Part shown: in pieces, positions 29,153 to 39,874 of the stretch
Numbering within the stretch: the stretch's first letter is position 1
Layout of the letters: every line of letters starts with the position of its first letter
Position numbers and translations under genes: made by a program
DNA from: Clostridia bacterium
GTDB taxonomy: Bacteria > Bacillota > Clostridia > TANB77 > CAG-465
NCBI GenBank assembly: GCA_045536565.1
Contig: JAZSNU010000003.1
Span: 64,001-128,000, forward strand
Direction of reading: 5' to 3'
DNA length: 64,000 bases
The notes under the pieces: generated by a model
What the model was told of the DNA's origin: nothing
The model's database searches: none
The model's input: only the letters and a program-made list of their open reading frames with translations

Positions 29153-30073
29153 ATGAAAAAGATAATAGTTGAAGAAAATTGTAATATTAGAATTGATCAA
29201 TACCTAAATATGCAAGATAGTGAACTTACTCGTTCATTTATTCAAAAACTTATTGCAGAAGGTAGCATTAAAGTAAATGGAAAAAATATTAAAAGTTCGT
29301 ATAAAGTAAAGGAAAACGATATAATTGATATAGAAGATATAGATATAAAAGAAACAGATATACTTCCAGAGGATATTCCTCTTGAAATTATATATGAAGA
29401 TGACGATATAGCGATAGTCAATAAACCTAAGGGAATGGTTGTACATCCTGGAAATGGTAATTACAGTGGAACAATGGTAAATTCACTTATGCATTCTCAT
29501 AAAGATAAGCTATCAACTATTAATGGTGTTGTAAGGCCAGGAATAGTGCATAGAATAGATAAAGATACGAGTGGACTAATTGTTGTAGCTAAAAATGACA
29601 AAGCACATAAGATATTATCTGATAAATTTAAAGTTCATGATATCACAAGAGAATATATATGTGTTGTTAAAGGTATAGTTCAGAAAGATAAAATTACTAT
29701 TAAACTTCCAATAGGTAGAGCACAAAACGATAGAAAGAAAATGGCAGTAACAAATAAAAATGCAAGGGAGGCAATAACACATATAGAAGTATTAGAAAGA
29801 TTTAAAAAGTCTAATTATACATTGGTGAGTGCAAAATTAGAAACAGGAAGAACACATCAAATAAGGGTACATATGTCATACATTGGTCATCCTATACTAG
29901 GTGATACTACATATAGCAAAGGTAAAAACGAATTTGATGTAGAAGGGCAAATGTTACATGCAAAAGTATTAGGATTTAATCATCCCATAACAAATAAATA
30001 TATGGAATGGAGTGTTAATCCTCCAAAAGAATTTGAAGATGTAGTACAAATTCTTAGAGAAAGAGAACAATAG
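29153..30073 (+). CDS. rluD: RluA/RluD-family 23S rRNA pseudouridine synthase
   Basis: S4 domain; NKPKGMVVHP, RPGIVHRIDKDTSG, LETGRTHQIRVH. Confidence 0.9.
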   Translation: MKKIIVEENCNIRIDQYLNMQDSELTRSFIQKLIAEGSIKVNGKNIKSSYKVKENDIIDIEDIDIKETDILPEDIPLEIIYEDDDIAIVNKPKGMVVHPGNGNYSGTMVNSLMHSHKDKLSTINGVVRPGIVHRIDKDTSGLIVVAKNDKAHKILSDKFKVHDITREYICVVKGIVQKDKITIKLPIGRAQNDRKKMAVTNKNAREAITHIEVLERFKKSNYTLVSAKLETGRTHQIRVHMSYIGHPILGDTTYSKGKNEFDVEGQMLHAKVLGFNHPITNKYMEWSVNPPKEFEDVVQILREREQ

Positions 30074-30181
30074 CAGAAAAAATATAAAAGGTTTGGCATA
30101 TCAAATATGCCAAACAAATCTATATGAACATAAGCTTATGATAATATAGTATATGAAGAATAAATTTGGTGGTGAGTAAAA

Positions 30182-30877
30182 ATGGACAAAAGATTGAATA
30201 AATTTATAGCTGAGTCAGGAGTTTGTTCTAGAAGGCAAGCAGATAAATTAATAGATGAAAAAAGAGTAAAAGTAAATGGTAAATTGCAACTAGAAAAAGG
30301 TATAGTAATAGACCCTAAAAAAGATGTTGTAGAAGTAGATGGCAAGAAGATAAACATTATACAAAGCAAAAAGTATATTATAATGAATAAACCAGTTGGA
30401 TATGTAACAACAGTCAAAGAACAAATGGGTAGACCTTGTGTTACTGATTTAATAAAAGAAAATATTAGAGTATACCCGGTAGGAAGACTTGATATGGATA
30501 CATCAGGACTCTTAATATTAACAAATGATGGAGAGCTAACAAACAAAATAACACATCCAAAAAATCATATATACAAAACATATGAAGTAACAACATATAA
30601 AAAAGTAGAAAATGAAGATGTAACAAAACTAAAAAATGGAGTAGATATTGGCGAATATATTACAGCACCTGCAATAGTTAAAAAAATATCAGATACAAAA
30701 CTTGAAATATCAATACATGAAGGAAAAAATAGACAAGTTAGAAAAATGATAGAAGCAATAGATAATAAAGTAAAAACATTAAATAGAACTAAGATCGGTG
30801 GTCTTTACCTAAGAAAACTTAAACAAGGTGAATACATGTATGTAAATAAAGCATTTATAGAAAAAGTATTTAAATAA
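30182..30877 (+). CDS. rluB: RsuA/RluB-family pseudouridine synthase
   Basis: RLNKFIAESGVCSRR, VGRLDMDTSGL, EGKNRQVRKM. Confidence 0.85.
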   Translation: MDKRLNKFIAESGVCSRRQADKLIDEKRVKVNGKLQLEKGIVIDPKKDVVEVDGKKINIIQSKKYIIMNKPVGYVTTVKEQMGRPCVTDLIKENIRVYPVGRLDMDTSGLLILTNDGELTNKITHPKNHIYKTYEVTTYKKVENEDVTKLKNGVDIGEYITAPAIVKKISDTKLEISIHEGKNRQVRKMIEAIDNKVKTLNRTKIGGLYLRKLKQGEYMYVNKAFIEKVFK

Positions 30878-30925
30878 AAAAGAGCACTCAAAAGTATACA
30901 AACTTTTGAGTGTTTTACACATATA

Positions 30926-31099
30926 CTAATGTTTTCTTTTTCTAGCTGCTTCAGCTTTTTTCTTTCTCTTTACACTTGGTTTTTCATAGTGTTCTCTTTT
31001 CTTTATTTCAGCAAGCACACCATATTTAGCACATTGTTTTTTGAAACGTTGCAATGCGTTATCTAAACTTTCATTATCTTTTATTTTTATTCCTGGCAT
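30926..31099 (-). CDS. rpsU: 30S ribosomal protein S21 (not in ORF track)
   Basis: Manual translation [57 protein letters not shown]. Confidence 0.96.
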   Translation of the reverse strand: MPGIKIKDNESLDNALQRFKKQCAKYGVLAEIKKREHYEKPSVKRKKKAEAARKRKH

Positions 31100-31353
31100 A
31101 TATATTCCCTCCCTTCAGTGGGAAATACTTATGTTTTATACAATTTATTAAAGTATTTCAAATCTACTCATAAATTATACTATATATGTATAAACAAGTC
31201 AAGCGTTTTGAACAATTTATACTCCATAAATAAACATAATTTGTACTAAACTACATTATACATATACTGAGTAAGAATTTTGTCTTATAGGCTAATTTAC
31301 ATTGACTTTGAAAACTGGATATAGTAAGATATATAATTAATGGGGGAAGTTAA

Positions 31354-32565
31354 ATGAAATTAAATTTAGATTATAGAAAGATAATATCAGAAGTAATAAC
31401 AGCATCACTTATTATTATAATATCAGGTATTGCGATCTATTCATTCATTGTAATATCAGATCAAGATGTGGATGTATATAATAGTAGTCAAAAAGTAGAT
31501 GCTATAAAAGGAACAAATAAAATAGAAGAAGTTCTATCAATAATACAAAGTAAATACATGGAAGATGTAGATGTAAATGATTTGGTAGATGGAGCAATAG
31601 AAGGAATATTTAATTCGGTAGAAGATAGTTATACAAGATATATATCAGCAGAAGAATATGCAGATATGTTAGAGTCTGGAAATGAAGAATATGTAGGAAT
31701 TGGAGTGCATATAGCACAAAATTCAAACACAGGTGCTATGGTTATAATAAGTGTAATGCCTAATTCTCCGGCTAAAGAGGCTGGAATTATATCAGGTGAC
31801 ATTATAACAAGTGTAGATAATGTAGAGGTGACAAAAGAAAATTATTCAGAAAGAGTATCTGCTTTAAAAGGTGAAGAAGGAACGACAGCAAAGGTTATTA
31901 TACAAAGAGGAGAAGAAAAAATAGAGAAGACAGTTACAAGAAAGAAAATAAATGCAAATAATGTAGAGTCTTCTGTAATATCAAGTGATATTGGGTATAT
32001 CAGAATATTAGAATTTGAAAACAACATATATAATCAGTTTAAGGCAGAATATGAAGAACTTGTAAATAATAAAAAAGTTAGTGGACTAGTAATAGATGTA
32101 AGAAATAACCCAGGTGGGATAGTATCAGAAACAGTTAAGATAGCAGATTTATTATGTCCAGAAGGTAAAATAGTAGAGACAATATATAGAGATGGTACAA
32201 AAAAAGTATACATGTCAGATGCTAAAAAAGCAGATATTCCAATAGTGGTATTAGTAAATGAGAATAGTGCAAGTGCAGCAGAGATTTTAGCTGGTGCTAT
32301 AAAAGATTTAAAACAAGGTACACTAGTAGGAAAAAATACCTTTGGAAAAGGAGTAGTTCAATCAATAGTACCTTTAAGTGATGGAGCTGCTGTAAGCGTA
32401 ACAACTGCTAAGTATTATACAGCATCTGGAATAGAAATACATGGAAATGGAATAAAACCTGATATTGAAATAGATATATCAGATGCAAATAGAGGACTTA
32501 CAGTAGATTTTAACCAAGATGAACAATTGAGAAAGGCAATTGATATTATAAACAGTAAAAAATAG
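31354..32565 (+). CDS. S41 C-terminal processing peptidase (CtpA/CtpB family)
   Basis: PDZ domain; DVRNNPGG, NENSASAAEILAG, TFGKGVVQ. Confidence 0.92.
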   Translation: MKLNLDYRKIISEVITASLIIIISGIAIYSFIVISDQDVDVYNSSQKVDAIKGTNKIEEVLSIIQSKYMEDVDVNDLVDGAIEGIFNSVEDSYTRYISAEEYADMLESGNEEYVGIGVHIAQNSNTGAMVIISVMPNSPAKEAGIISGDIITSVDNVEVTKENYSERVSALKGEEGTTAKVIIQRGEEKIEKTVTRKKINANNVESSVISSDIGYIRILEFENNIYNQFKAEYEELVNNKKVSGLVIDVRNNPGGIVSETVKIADLLCPEGKIVETIYRDGTKKVYMSDAKKADIPIVVLVNENSASAAEILAGAIKDLKQGTLVGKNTFGKGVVQSIVPLSDGAAVSVTTAKYYTASGIEIHGNGIKPDIEIDISDANRGLTVDFNQDEQLRKAIDIINSKK

Positions 32566-32735
32566 AATGTAACACAAATATTAAATAAGTGTAATTATTA
32601 ATTGGGTGTTGGTGAAAATATTGTTTAAACCTTACATAATATTGAAATAAAAGGGCTTTTGTTAAAGCCCTTTTTTTGACATTTTTAGCCCTTTATGCTA
32701 TAATTCGCCTTAGCAAGAGGTTATGAGGTGATGAT

Positions 32736-33026
32736 ATGATTTCTAAGAATTCATTACTTGAAGTAAAAAAACATATGGAAGGTTGTATAGGCCAAGAGAT
32801 ATATGTTAAAGCAAATCTTGGCAGAAATAAACAAATAGAAAAGAAAGGGACTATTGACGGCGTTTTCTCAAATCTTTTTGTTATAAAAGAGCAAGACACC
32901 GAGCATAAAATGTCATACACATATGCTGATATTTTAACTAATAATCTTGAAATAACAATGTTAGATACTGGGGAACCAGTAATAGATTATCAAGTAGAAG
33001 TTCCTAAAAAATATACTAGACTATAA
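32736..33026 (+). CDS. veg: Veg family protein
   Basis: VKANLGRNK...GVFSNLFVI...SYTYADILT. Confidence 0.88.
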   Translation: MISKNSLLEVKKHMEGCIGQEIYVKANLGRNKQIEKKGTIDGVFSNLFVIKEQDTEHKMSYTYADILTNNLEITMLDTGEPVIDYQVEVPKKYTRL

Positions 33027-33145
33027 AAAATATAAATAGTAGATATATTCAAACATTATCAAATTATTGGTAATGTTTGTTTTTTATTGGTATAAAAACA
33101 AAATAAGCTTAATATATATGTACTAAATAAATAAGGAGGGTCTTT

Positions 33146-34672
33146 ATGCCAATAAACATAGATAAACAAAAAATAATAGTAAATAAAAATATAATTAAGG
33201 GAGCGGTTTCTACTTGGATAGAACAAGATTTGCTGGTACCTGATACAAAACCTGATGTTATGAAAATTATTAGAGTAGATGGTAATGTATATATAACATC
33301 TACTGAGGTTATGAACGGGAGTATTAGAGTAAGTGGTCAAATTGCATACTACATTATATATACATCAGAAGAAGGAGAAGTAAGAGGAATAAATACTATA
33401 TACCCATTTGTTAAAGTAATTGAAGATAAGAATATAACAAATGTTATGAGAATAAGAATTAAACCTGTCGTTAAAAATATAATTTACTCAGTACCTAATG
33501 AAAGAAAAATAGCTATAAAGACTGAGGTTTTGTTTAAATACAAATTGTCTGAAATAGGGGAAGTAGAAATATTAAATAGAATAGATGATTGTAAAGGACT
33601 TGAATGTAAAAAAGTAAAGGATAGTTTCTTTAATATTATAGAATATAAGAAAGAAACATTTGATACAAGAGAAGATATTATGATTCCTGAGGGACTTCCT
33701 GCTATTTATGAAATACTTAGAGTATCAACTGATATAGTAAATGCTGAATACAAAGTAAGTTATAACAAGATATTAATAAAAGGTGAGATAAAAACAACAA
33801 TTATTTATACTGCGATAAATGATAATAAAGAAATATATAGCTACGAAACAAATATACCGTTTACAGGGATGGTAGAGTTTTCTAATATATCAGATTCTTC
33901 TAAATTTGATATACAGTATTTACTTAAAAACTTTGATGTAACGCTAGACACTTCAAGTGAAAACCCAAGAATGATAAACATATCAGCAGAAGTTATAGCA
34001 GATGTTATGATGTATGAAGAAAAAGAGTTAGAATATATTGAAGATTTTTATAGTATGGAGGATAATTTAGAATACGATAAAAATAATGTGTCAATTATTA
34101 AGAATAAAGAAAAAATAGAGAAGAACATATCTTTAAAGGATAATATAGGTGTAGTTCCAGATGGAGCAAGATTACTTGACTATACAGTAGATATATCAAA
34201 TTTAACAACTAAAATATCGGGTTCTAATGTGTACATTAATGGTAATATTAAAATAAATTTAATGTATGAGGTGCAAGATAATAGAAAAGTTGAAAGTAAA
34301 ACATTTGATATGCTAGTTGATACTGTCGTTGAACTTCCAAAAGATGTTGATGAAAAGTATGTAAATGTAAATCTTGAACTTATAAGGGGAATAGTAAGAT
34401 TAAATGGTAATAGTTTGGAAGCAGACATTGAAATGGTAGCAAATATAGATGTTGATAATGTGGAAAATATAAATCAAATTGGCAATATTAAAGAAGAAAA
34501 AATAGATACAAGTATGTTTGATAGTATGAATATATATATAGTTAAAAAAGGCGATAATCTTTGGGATATAGCAAAAAAATATAAAACAAGTGTAGCAAAA
34601 ATTGCTAATATTAATGACTTATCTAATGAAAACAAATTAGATGTTGGTCAAAAAATATTAATTATTAGGTAG
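33146..34672 (+). CDS. SPOCS/DUF3794 + LysM spore coat assembly protein (SipL-like)
   Basis: VPDTKPDV; C-terminal LysM YIVKKGDNLWDIAKKYKT; follows veg. Confidence 0.85.
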   Translation: MPINIDKQKIIVNKNIIKGAVSTWIEQDLLVPDTKPDVMKIIRVDGNVYITSTEVMNGSIRVSGQIAYYIIYTSEEGEVRGINTIYPFVKVIEDKNITNVMRIRIKPVVKNIIYSVPNERKIAIKTEVLFKYKLSEIGEVEILNRIDDCKGLECKKVKDSFFNIIEYKKETFDTREDIMIPEGLPAIYEILRVSTDIVNAEYKVSYNKILIKGEIKTTIIYTAINDNKEIYSYETNIPFTGMVEFSNISDSSKFDIQYLLKNFDVTLDTSSENPRMINISAEVIADVMMYEEKELEYIEDFYSMEDNLEYDKNNVSIIKNKEKIEKNISLKDNIGVVPDGARLLDYTVDISNLTTKISGSNVYINGNIKINLMYEVQDNRKVESKTFDMLVDTVVELPKDVDEKYVNVNLELIRGIVRLNGNSLEADIEMVANIDVDNVENINQIGNIKEEKIDTSMFDSMNIYIVKKGDNLWDIAKKYKTSVAKIANINDLSNENKLDVGQKILIIR

Positions 34673-34676
34673 GATA

Positions 34677-35366
34677 ATGAGAGCAAAATACTATTATAGA
34701 TTGTTTGGGCAAATGCACATAAGAAGGGCATTTGCCTTTATTTTAATATTAACAGGAATATTCATACTTTTTTATTTGTATTTCATAAATCAAGTAAGCC
34801 CAACAATAAAAACATTAAGTGATACAAGAGCAAAAGCAATAGCACTTAAAGCAACAAATGAGGCAGTAATAGAGAGGATAGAAAAAATCAAATATGATAA
34901 TTTGATACATATAACAACTGATAGTAATGGTAATGTTAAAGCTGTAAATGCAGATGTTATTGAAATGAATAAATTAGCAACTGAGATAACAAGTGATATA
35001 CAGCATAAATTGATAAAAATGGAAGATACAGATATACAAATACCATTAGGTAGATTTTTAGGTTTGTCAGTATTTTCAGGATATGGTCCTAAAATAACTG
35101 TAAGAGCGATACCAACAGGAAATGTTTCGGTAGATTTTAAAACTGAATTTAAATCAGAAGGAATAAATCAAACAAGACATAGAATATATCTACAAATAAA
35201 AACAAGTGTAAGGACGGTAGCGCCGTTTATTAGTGATATAGTACCATTTGAAACTGATATGACGGTTGCAGAAACTGTAATAGTCGGTGATATACCAAAT
35301 TCGTATTATAACTTAGAAGGAGTTGAAAATATGGATAAACTAGATACCACTGAATTTATGGAATAA
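34677..35366 (+). CDS. yunB: Sporulation protein YunB
   Basis: IPLG...GPKI...GINQTRHRI...AETVIVGDIP. Confidence 0.9.
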   Translation: MRAKYYYRLFGQMHIRRAFAFILILTGIFILFYLYFINQVSPTIKTLSDTRAKAIALKATNEAVIERIEKIKYDNLIHITTDSNGNVKAVNADVIEMNKLATEITSDIQHKLIKMEDTDIQIPLGRFLGLSVFSGYGPKITVRAIPTGNVSVDFKTEFKSEGINQTRHRIYLQIKTSVRTVAPFISDIVPFETDMTVAETVIVGDIPNSYYNLEGVENMDKLDTTEFME

Positions 35367-35406
35367 TAAAAGCAGTTCGAAATGAACTGCTTTGTATATC
35401 CAAATA

Positions 35407-35811
35407 TTATCTCTTTGAGAATTGTGGAGCTTTTCTTGCTTTCTTTAAACCATATTTTCTTCTTTCTTTTACTCTAGAATCTCTAGTTAAAAGACCGTTT
35501 CTCTTAATAACTCCTCTAGCTTCTTCACTAGTTGTAGCAAGAGCTTTTGCTATACCATGAGCAACAGCACCAGCTTGTGAAGAGAATCCGCCACCTTTAA
35601 CAGTAGCTATAACATCATATTTTTCAGCTAGGTTTGCAACATTAATAGGCTTCATTATAACTGCTTTTAATGTTTCTAAACTGTAAAAATCATTGATATC
35701 TTTTTTGTTTATAGTTATTTTACCAGTACCTGGTGTTATTCTAACTCTTGCAATAGATGATTTTCTTTTACCTGTTGCATATATAAATTTCTTTTCTGAA
35801 TTCTTTGGCAT
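35407..35811 (-). CDS. rpsI: 30S ribosomal protein S9
   Basis: ATGKRKSSIARV, RKAPQFSKR. Confidence 0.98.
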   Translation of the reverse strand: MPKNSEKKFIYATGKRKSSIARVRITPGTGKITINKKDINDFYSLETLKAVIMKPINVANLAEKYDVIATVKGGGFSSQAGAVAHGIAKALATTSEEARGVIKRNGLLTRDSRVKERRKYGLKKARKAPQFSKR

Positions 35812-35827
35812 TGTTAATTACCTCCCA

Positions 35828-36262
35828 CTAAAAATTCCATACTTCAGGTTGTTGAGCTTGGTTTTCATGCTCGCTACCTTTGTATGCTCTTACTTTTGTA
35901 AGCATTTTTCTTCCTAAGTTGTTTTTAGGTAACATACCTTTAACTGCTAAAAGAAGAACTTTATCAGATTTATTAGCCATCATATCTTTTGCTGATACTT
36001 CTTTCATACCACCAACATATCCTGAATGATGTCTATATACTTTTTGGTTTATTTTGTTTCCAGTTAAAACCATTTTATCAGTATTTATAACGATTACATG
36101 ATCACCACAATCAATGTGTGTTGAGAAAGTTGGTTTGTGTTTTCCTCTAACAAGTCTAGCAACTTCTGTTGCAACTCTTCCAAGTGGTTTGTTTTCTGCA
36201 TCGATAATATACCATTTTTTTTCAATTTCATTTAATTTAACACTATGAGTCTTGTTATTCAT
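35828..36262 (-). CDS. rplM: 50S ribosomal protein L13
   Basis: WYIIDA, RGKHKP, KGMLPKN. Confidence 0.98.
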   Translation of the reverse strand: MNNKTHSVKLNEIEKKWYIIDAENKPLGRVATEVARLVRGKHKPTFSTHIDCGDHVIVINTDKMVLTGNKINQKVYRHHSGYVGGMKEVSAKDMMANKSDKVLLLAVKGMLPKNNLGRKMLTKVRAYKGSEHENQAQQPEVWNF

Positions 36263-36284
36263 TGAAGATTTCCTCCTATTTACT

Positions 36285-36336
36285 ATTTAATTACTAATGT
36301 ACTAGAATCCGGGGTGTTCTAGTTTACATTAACATT
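36285..36336 (-). promoter_or_regulatory. L13 leader RNA (probable)
   Basis: Minus-strand stem CTAGAA-CACCCCGGA-TTCTAG nested in AATGT/ACATT pairing upstream of rplM. Confidence 0.6.
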
Positions 36337-36543
36337 GCCTATATATTTTACAACAAAATTTTCATAAAGTCAAATAAAATAGAGAAAAAATATATAAAAA
36401 TTATGTTGTTTAAGTCTTTTATATTGATACTTGATAGATAGTACAAAAATAAATTATAAAAAATGTCAAAATATTAAAAATTAATTGTATATTTTTTTTA
36501 TATATGATAGGATATAAAATGAAAATAATCTAAGGAGGAAGAT

Positions 36544-38304
36544 ATGTTCGGCGAAAGAGAGTTGTCGGGAGATCTAGGGGATAACTTTGTTGATATTGAT
36601 ATAAAGGAAGATAAAAAAAAGAATAAAGAAATTGAAGATATTGTAGCATATTTAATGCTATATACTAACGATGCTAATGCACTTACAAGAAAATATACTG
36701 AACTTTTAATGGATGATAATGTAATTAGTATATTTACCAATTTAAGTCACAATACTATATTTATGGAACATTTTCCTGAATTTTATGAAAAAAACATAAA
36801 TGGTGAGAATGTTATAAATTGTCAGCAAAATAGTAAATATCATAAATATGGTGTTTTTAGACATATATTATATACAATTGAAATTGTTGGAAAAGAAAGT
36901 ATACAAAGAAATAGTTTTGAGCTAAAAATATTAAAATGGGCTATGTTTTTGCATGATGTTGGAAAACCTTATGTTAAAGTAATAGATGCAAATGGAAATG
37001 ATTCTTTTGCAGGACATGATGATAAATCAGTAGAAATAGCATCTGGCATACTTGATAGATTTACATTTAGCGAAGAGGAAAAAAATATTATTTTAACACT
37101 AATTAAGTATCATGATAGATATCTAAATGAAGGCGAATTAACATTTGACAATATGAGTTTTCTTGCAAAGGAATTAGGTAATAGAAAAGATTTATTCTAT
37201 ATGCTTGTAGATGTAAAGATAGCAGATAGTAAAGCAAAAACATTAGAAGTATACAATAAATTTATGACTATTGTTGATAAATATTATAATTTTGCAAATC
37301 AATATTTTGCTAATATGGGGATGGTTGCATCTGATTATATAAGTGGAGAGGCTCCTAATATTGTTCTGGAAATGGCAGGAGTAGATGTAAATAAAGTTAC
37401 ATTGGATATGGAAGAAAGCGTTGATTTAGAAGATAGTATTGCAAACACGGAAACAATAAAACATGACAATAAAATAGACGAAAGTATTATACCTTCACTA
37501 GATAATAATGTGGAGATCTTTGAAGAAATAAATGATGAAGATTTCAAAAAAATATATAGCGAATTACTAGAAAGAAAATTAATATATCCAGTATATCAGC
37601 CTATTATAGACATAAATGAAGGTAAGTATTATGGATTTGAGAGTTTTAATAGAATAGCATACGAAAAAAATGTTAAAATCTTTGATTTTATACAAAAATC
37701 CAAAGATTATGATAAATATGATAAAGTACAACAACTATTGTTTGTAAATTCTATTGATAACTTTTTAGAAATTAAGGCTAATGAAAATAGCAGGATATTT
37801 GCTTCAATTGATGTTAAAAGTTACATGAAATATCCAAACAAACCAAGAATATATGATTTGATGGATAAGGTTGAAGTTATAGTAGAACTTAGCAATTATG
37901 ATTCTATTGCCTTATCTGAGTTGCAAAACTGTATAGGTGATATTAGAAAAAATGGCGGAAAAGTGTTGCTTAATTATTTTGGAACAAATAAATTCACATT
38001 AAATGACTTGGATTTGTTAGAAGTAGACTATGTTAAATATGATCTTATATTATTAAACAATTTTGAGGAAAGCGAAGAAAACAAAAAATATTTATCTGAA
38101 CTTTCAACTTATTGTTTATCAAAAGATATAGAGCTTGTAGTTATAGGAGTTGAGAATTTTGAACAATTAAAAATTGTTAAAGATATGGGTGTAAAATATG
38201 TCCAAGGATACATATATGGAAAACCTAGTATTGAACTAGATAAATCATCAAGTAGAGTTAAAGAGGTTAATGAAATACTAGAATCGGATGATAGCATAGT
38301 TTAA
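36544..38304 (+). CDS. HD domain + degenerate EAL domain protein
   Basis: H...LHDVGKP...GHD...YHD HD motif; YQPII..GFESFNR, LNYFGT, VKYD, GVE, YVQGYIYGKP EAL fold. Confidence 0.8.
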   Translation: MFGERELSGDLGDNFVDIDIKEDKKKNKEIEDIVAYLMLYTNDANALTRKYTELLMDDNVISIFTNLSHNTIFMEHFPEFYEKNINGENVINCQQNSKYHKYGVFRHILYTIEIVGKESIQRNSFELKILKWAMFLHDVGKPYVKVIDANGNDSFAGHDDKSVEIASGILDRFTFSEEEKNIILTLIKYHDRYLNEGELTFDNMSFLAKELGNRKDLFYMLVDVKIADSKAKTLEVYNKFMTIVDKYYNFANQYFANMGMVASDYISGEAPNIVLEMAGVDVNKVTLDMEESVDLEDSIANTETIKHDNKIDESIIPSLDNNVEIFEEINDEDFKKIYSELLERKLIYPVYQPIIDINEGKYYGFESFNRIAYEKNVKIFDFIQKSKDYDKYDKVQQLLFVNSIDNFLEIKANENSRIFASIDVKSYMKYPNKPRIYDLMDKVEVIVELSNYDSIALSELQNCIGDIRKNGGKVLLNYFGTNKFTLNDLDLLEVDYVKYDLILLNNFEESEENKKYLSELSTYCLSKDIELVVIGVENFEQLKIVKDMGVKYVQGYIYGKPSIELDKSSSRVKEVNEILESDDSIV

Positions 38305-38388
38305 AAGCACTAAAATTAATTAAAATATAATAAAAAATGAAAATCGTTTTGTTATGATTTTCGTTTTTTTATACATAATAATATTATT

Positions 38389-38733
38389 ATGATATATTTG
38401 ATAAGTTGTATAAGCGGCATTATAAATGGACTTTTTGCAGCGGCTGCTGGGCAAATAATGATATTTTATTTAGTATTTATATTGAAGATGGAATCTCACT
38501 CTGCCAGGGCAACAAGTATTTTTTCTATATCTATTATAACAATAGTAAGTTTAATAGGATATTTAAAAATTGTGGATTTTAAAATAAAAAATGTTGCGGT
38601 AGTTGCTCTGTGTGGTTTTATTTTTGGTGTAGCAGGATCCGAATTTATGAATAAAATTAAGTCTAATTATTTAAATCTTATCTCAGGACTTCTTGTCTTT
38701 GGACTAGGTATATATAATTTGTTTTTTAAGTAG
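38389..38733 (+). CDS. TauE/SafE (TSUP) family exporter half
   Basis: SGIINGLFAAAAG...HSARATS pattern; four TM segments. Confidence 0.75.
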   Translation: MIYLISCISGIINGLFAAAAGQIMIFYLVFILKMESHSARATSIFSISIITIVSLIGYLKIVDFKIKNVAVVALCGFIFGVAGSEFMNKIKSNYLNLISGLLVFGLGIYNLFFK

Positions 38734-38741
38734 GTAATAAC

Positions 38742-39131
38742 ATGGATTGGAAATTTATATTGATATCGAGTGTTTCGTGCCTTTTGGCTGGTATGGGACT
38801 TGGTGGTGGAAGTTTGTTTATAATATTTGGAATGTTGTTTTTAGATTTCCCTCATAAAGAACTTCAAGGACTTAATTTAATAATGTTTATAGCATCAGGG
38901 TTTTCTGCAACTATATCGAATTTTAAAAATAAAATAATTGATAAAAAAATTTCAAAAAAAATACTACCATGCCTAATAATTGGAAGTATAGTTGGAGTAT
39001 ATATAGCATCTAAGATTAAAGAGGATAACCTTAGAAAATATTTTTTGTGGTTTATTACAATAATAGGATTATATGAAATAATTTCAAGTTTAATTGATAT
39101 AAAAAAAGGAAAAAATAATAATGAAAATTAG
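38742..39131 (+). CDS. TauE/SafE (TSUP) family exporter half
   Basis: LAGMGLGGGSL...QGLNL pattern. Confidence 0.78.
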   Translation: MDWKFILISSVSCLLAGMGLGGGSLFIIFGMLFLDFPHKELQGLNLIMFIASGFSATISNFKNKIIDKKISKKILPCLIIGSIVGVYIASKIKEDNLRKYFLWFITIIGLYEIISSLIDIKKGKNNNEN

Positions 39132-39145
39132 AAAGGAGAAATGTT

Positions 39146-39295
39146 ATGAAATTTGTTAAAGGAATGATGATTGGTATAACTTTTGGTGCTGTAATGGGCA
39201 TGGCAATAGGTGCAATGAATAGTGACTCATTATGTGGAGCGATAAAAACTGGAAAAAAGGAAATAAAAAGATTCAAAAGAAAGTATTGTTCGTAA
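39146..39295 (+). CDS. YtxH-like 49-aa membrane-anchored protein
   Basis: Manual translation MKFVKGMMIGITFGAVMGMAIGAMNSDSLCGAIKTGKKEIKRFKRKYCS; SD AAAGGAG. Confidence 0.65.
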   Translation: MKFVKGMMIGITFGAVMGMAIGAMNSDSLCGAIKTGKKEIKRFKRKYCS

Positions 39296-39501
39296 AATCA
39301 AATAGTAATTTAAAATAAGCCATTGTTTTGAAATATAGACAATGGCTATTTTTGCGTTTTTAATAAATTAAATAAAAACGCTTATATATAAAGAAATTTT
39401 ACATTAATTTTTACCATAATTACTTGCTATTTGAGAGTTGGTATAGTAAAATATATATGTTAAGAAAGATATAAAATAATGTATGCTTTTAGGAGGTAAC
39501 T

Positions 39502-39828
39502 ATGGTTTATAATAAACTTATGAAAGTGTGTGTTTGTATAGCACTTTTTATGTTGGTAATTTCAAATGTGCTTTTTGCAACAACTTCACTTGGAACAAAT
39601 AATGATGAAGTATATAACACTATTATGAAAATATTATTAAAAATACAAAAATATTCTTGGCCAGTAGCAGTTATAATATTTATATATGCTATTTACCAAT
39701 ATTATATTATTGGGTCAGAAGCATTTGAACATAAAGTATCTGGGCAAAGGCTAATACTAGGATTGTCAGTATTTATGGCAATACTTCAATCATTGCCTTT
39801 GTTATATGCTTTTATAATAACTAAGTAA
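39502..39828 (+). CDS. TrbC/VirB2-like pilin-shaped small protein
   Basis: Signal peptide ending VLFA, then two hydrophobic helices separated by a short charged loop. Confidence 0.5.
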   Translation: MVYNKLMKVCVCIALFMLVISNVLFATTSLGTNNDEVYNTIMKILLKIQKYSWPVAVIIFIYAIYQYYIIGSEAFEHKVSGQRLILGLSVFMAILQSLPLLYAFIITK

Positions 39829-39874
39829 AAAATTCAAACAAAAGATTTATATAAGAACATAGGTGGTGTAAATA

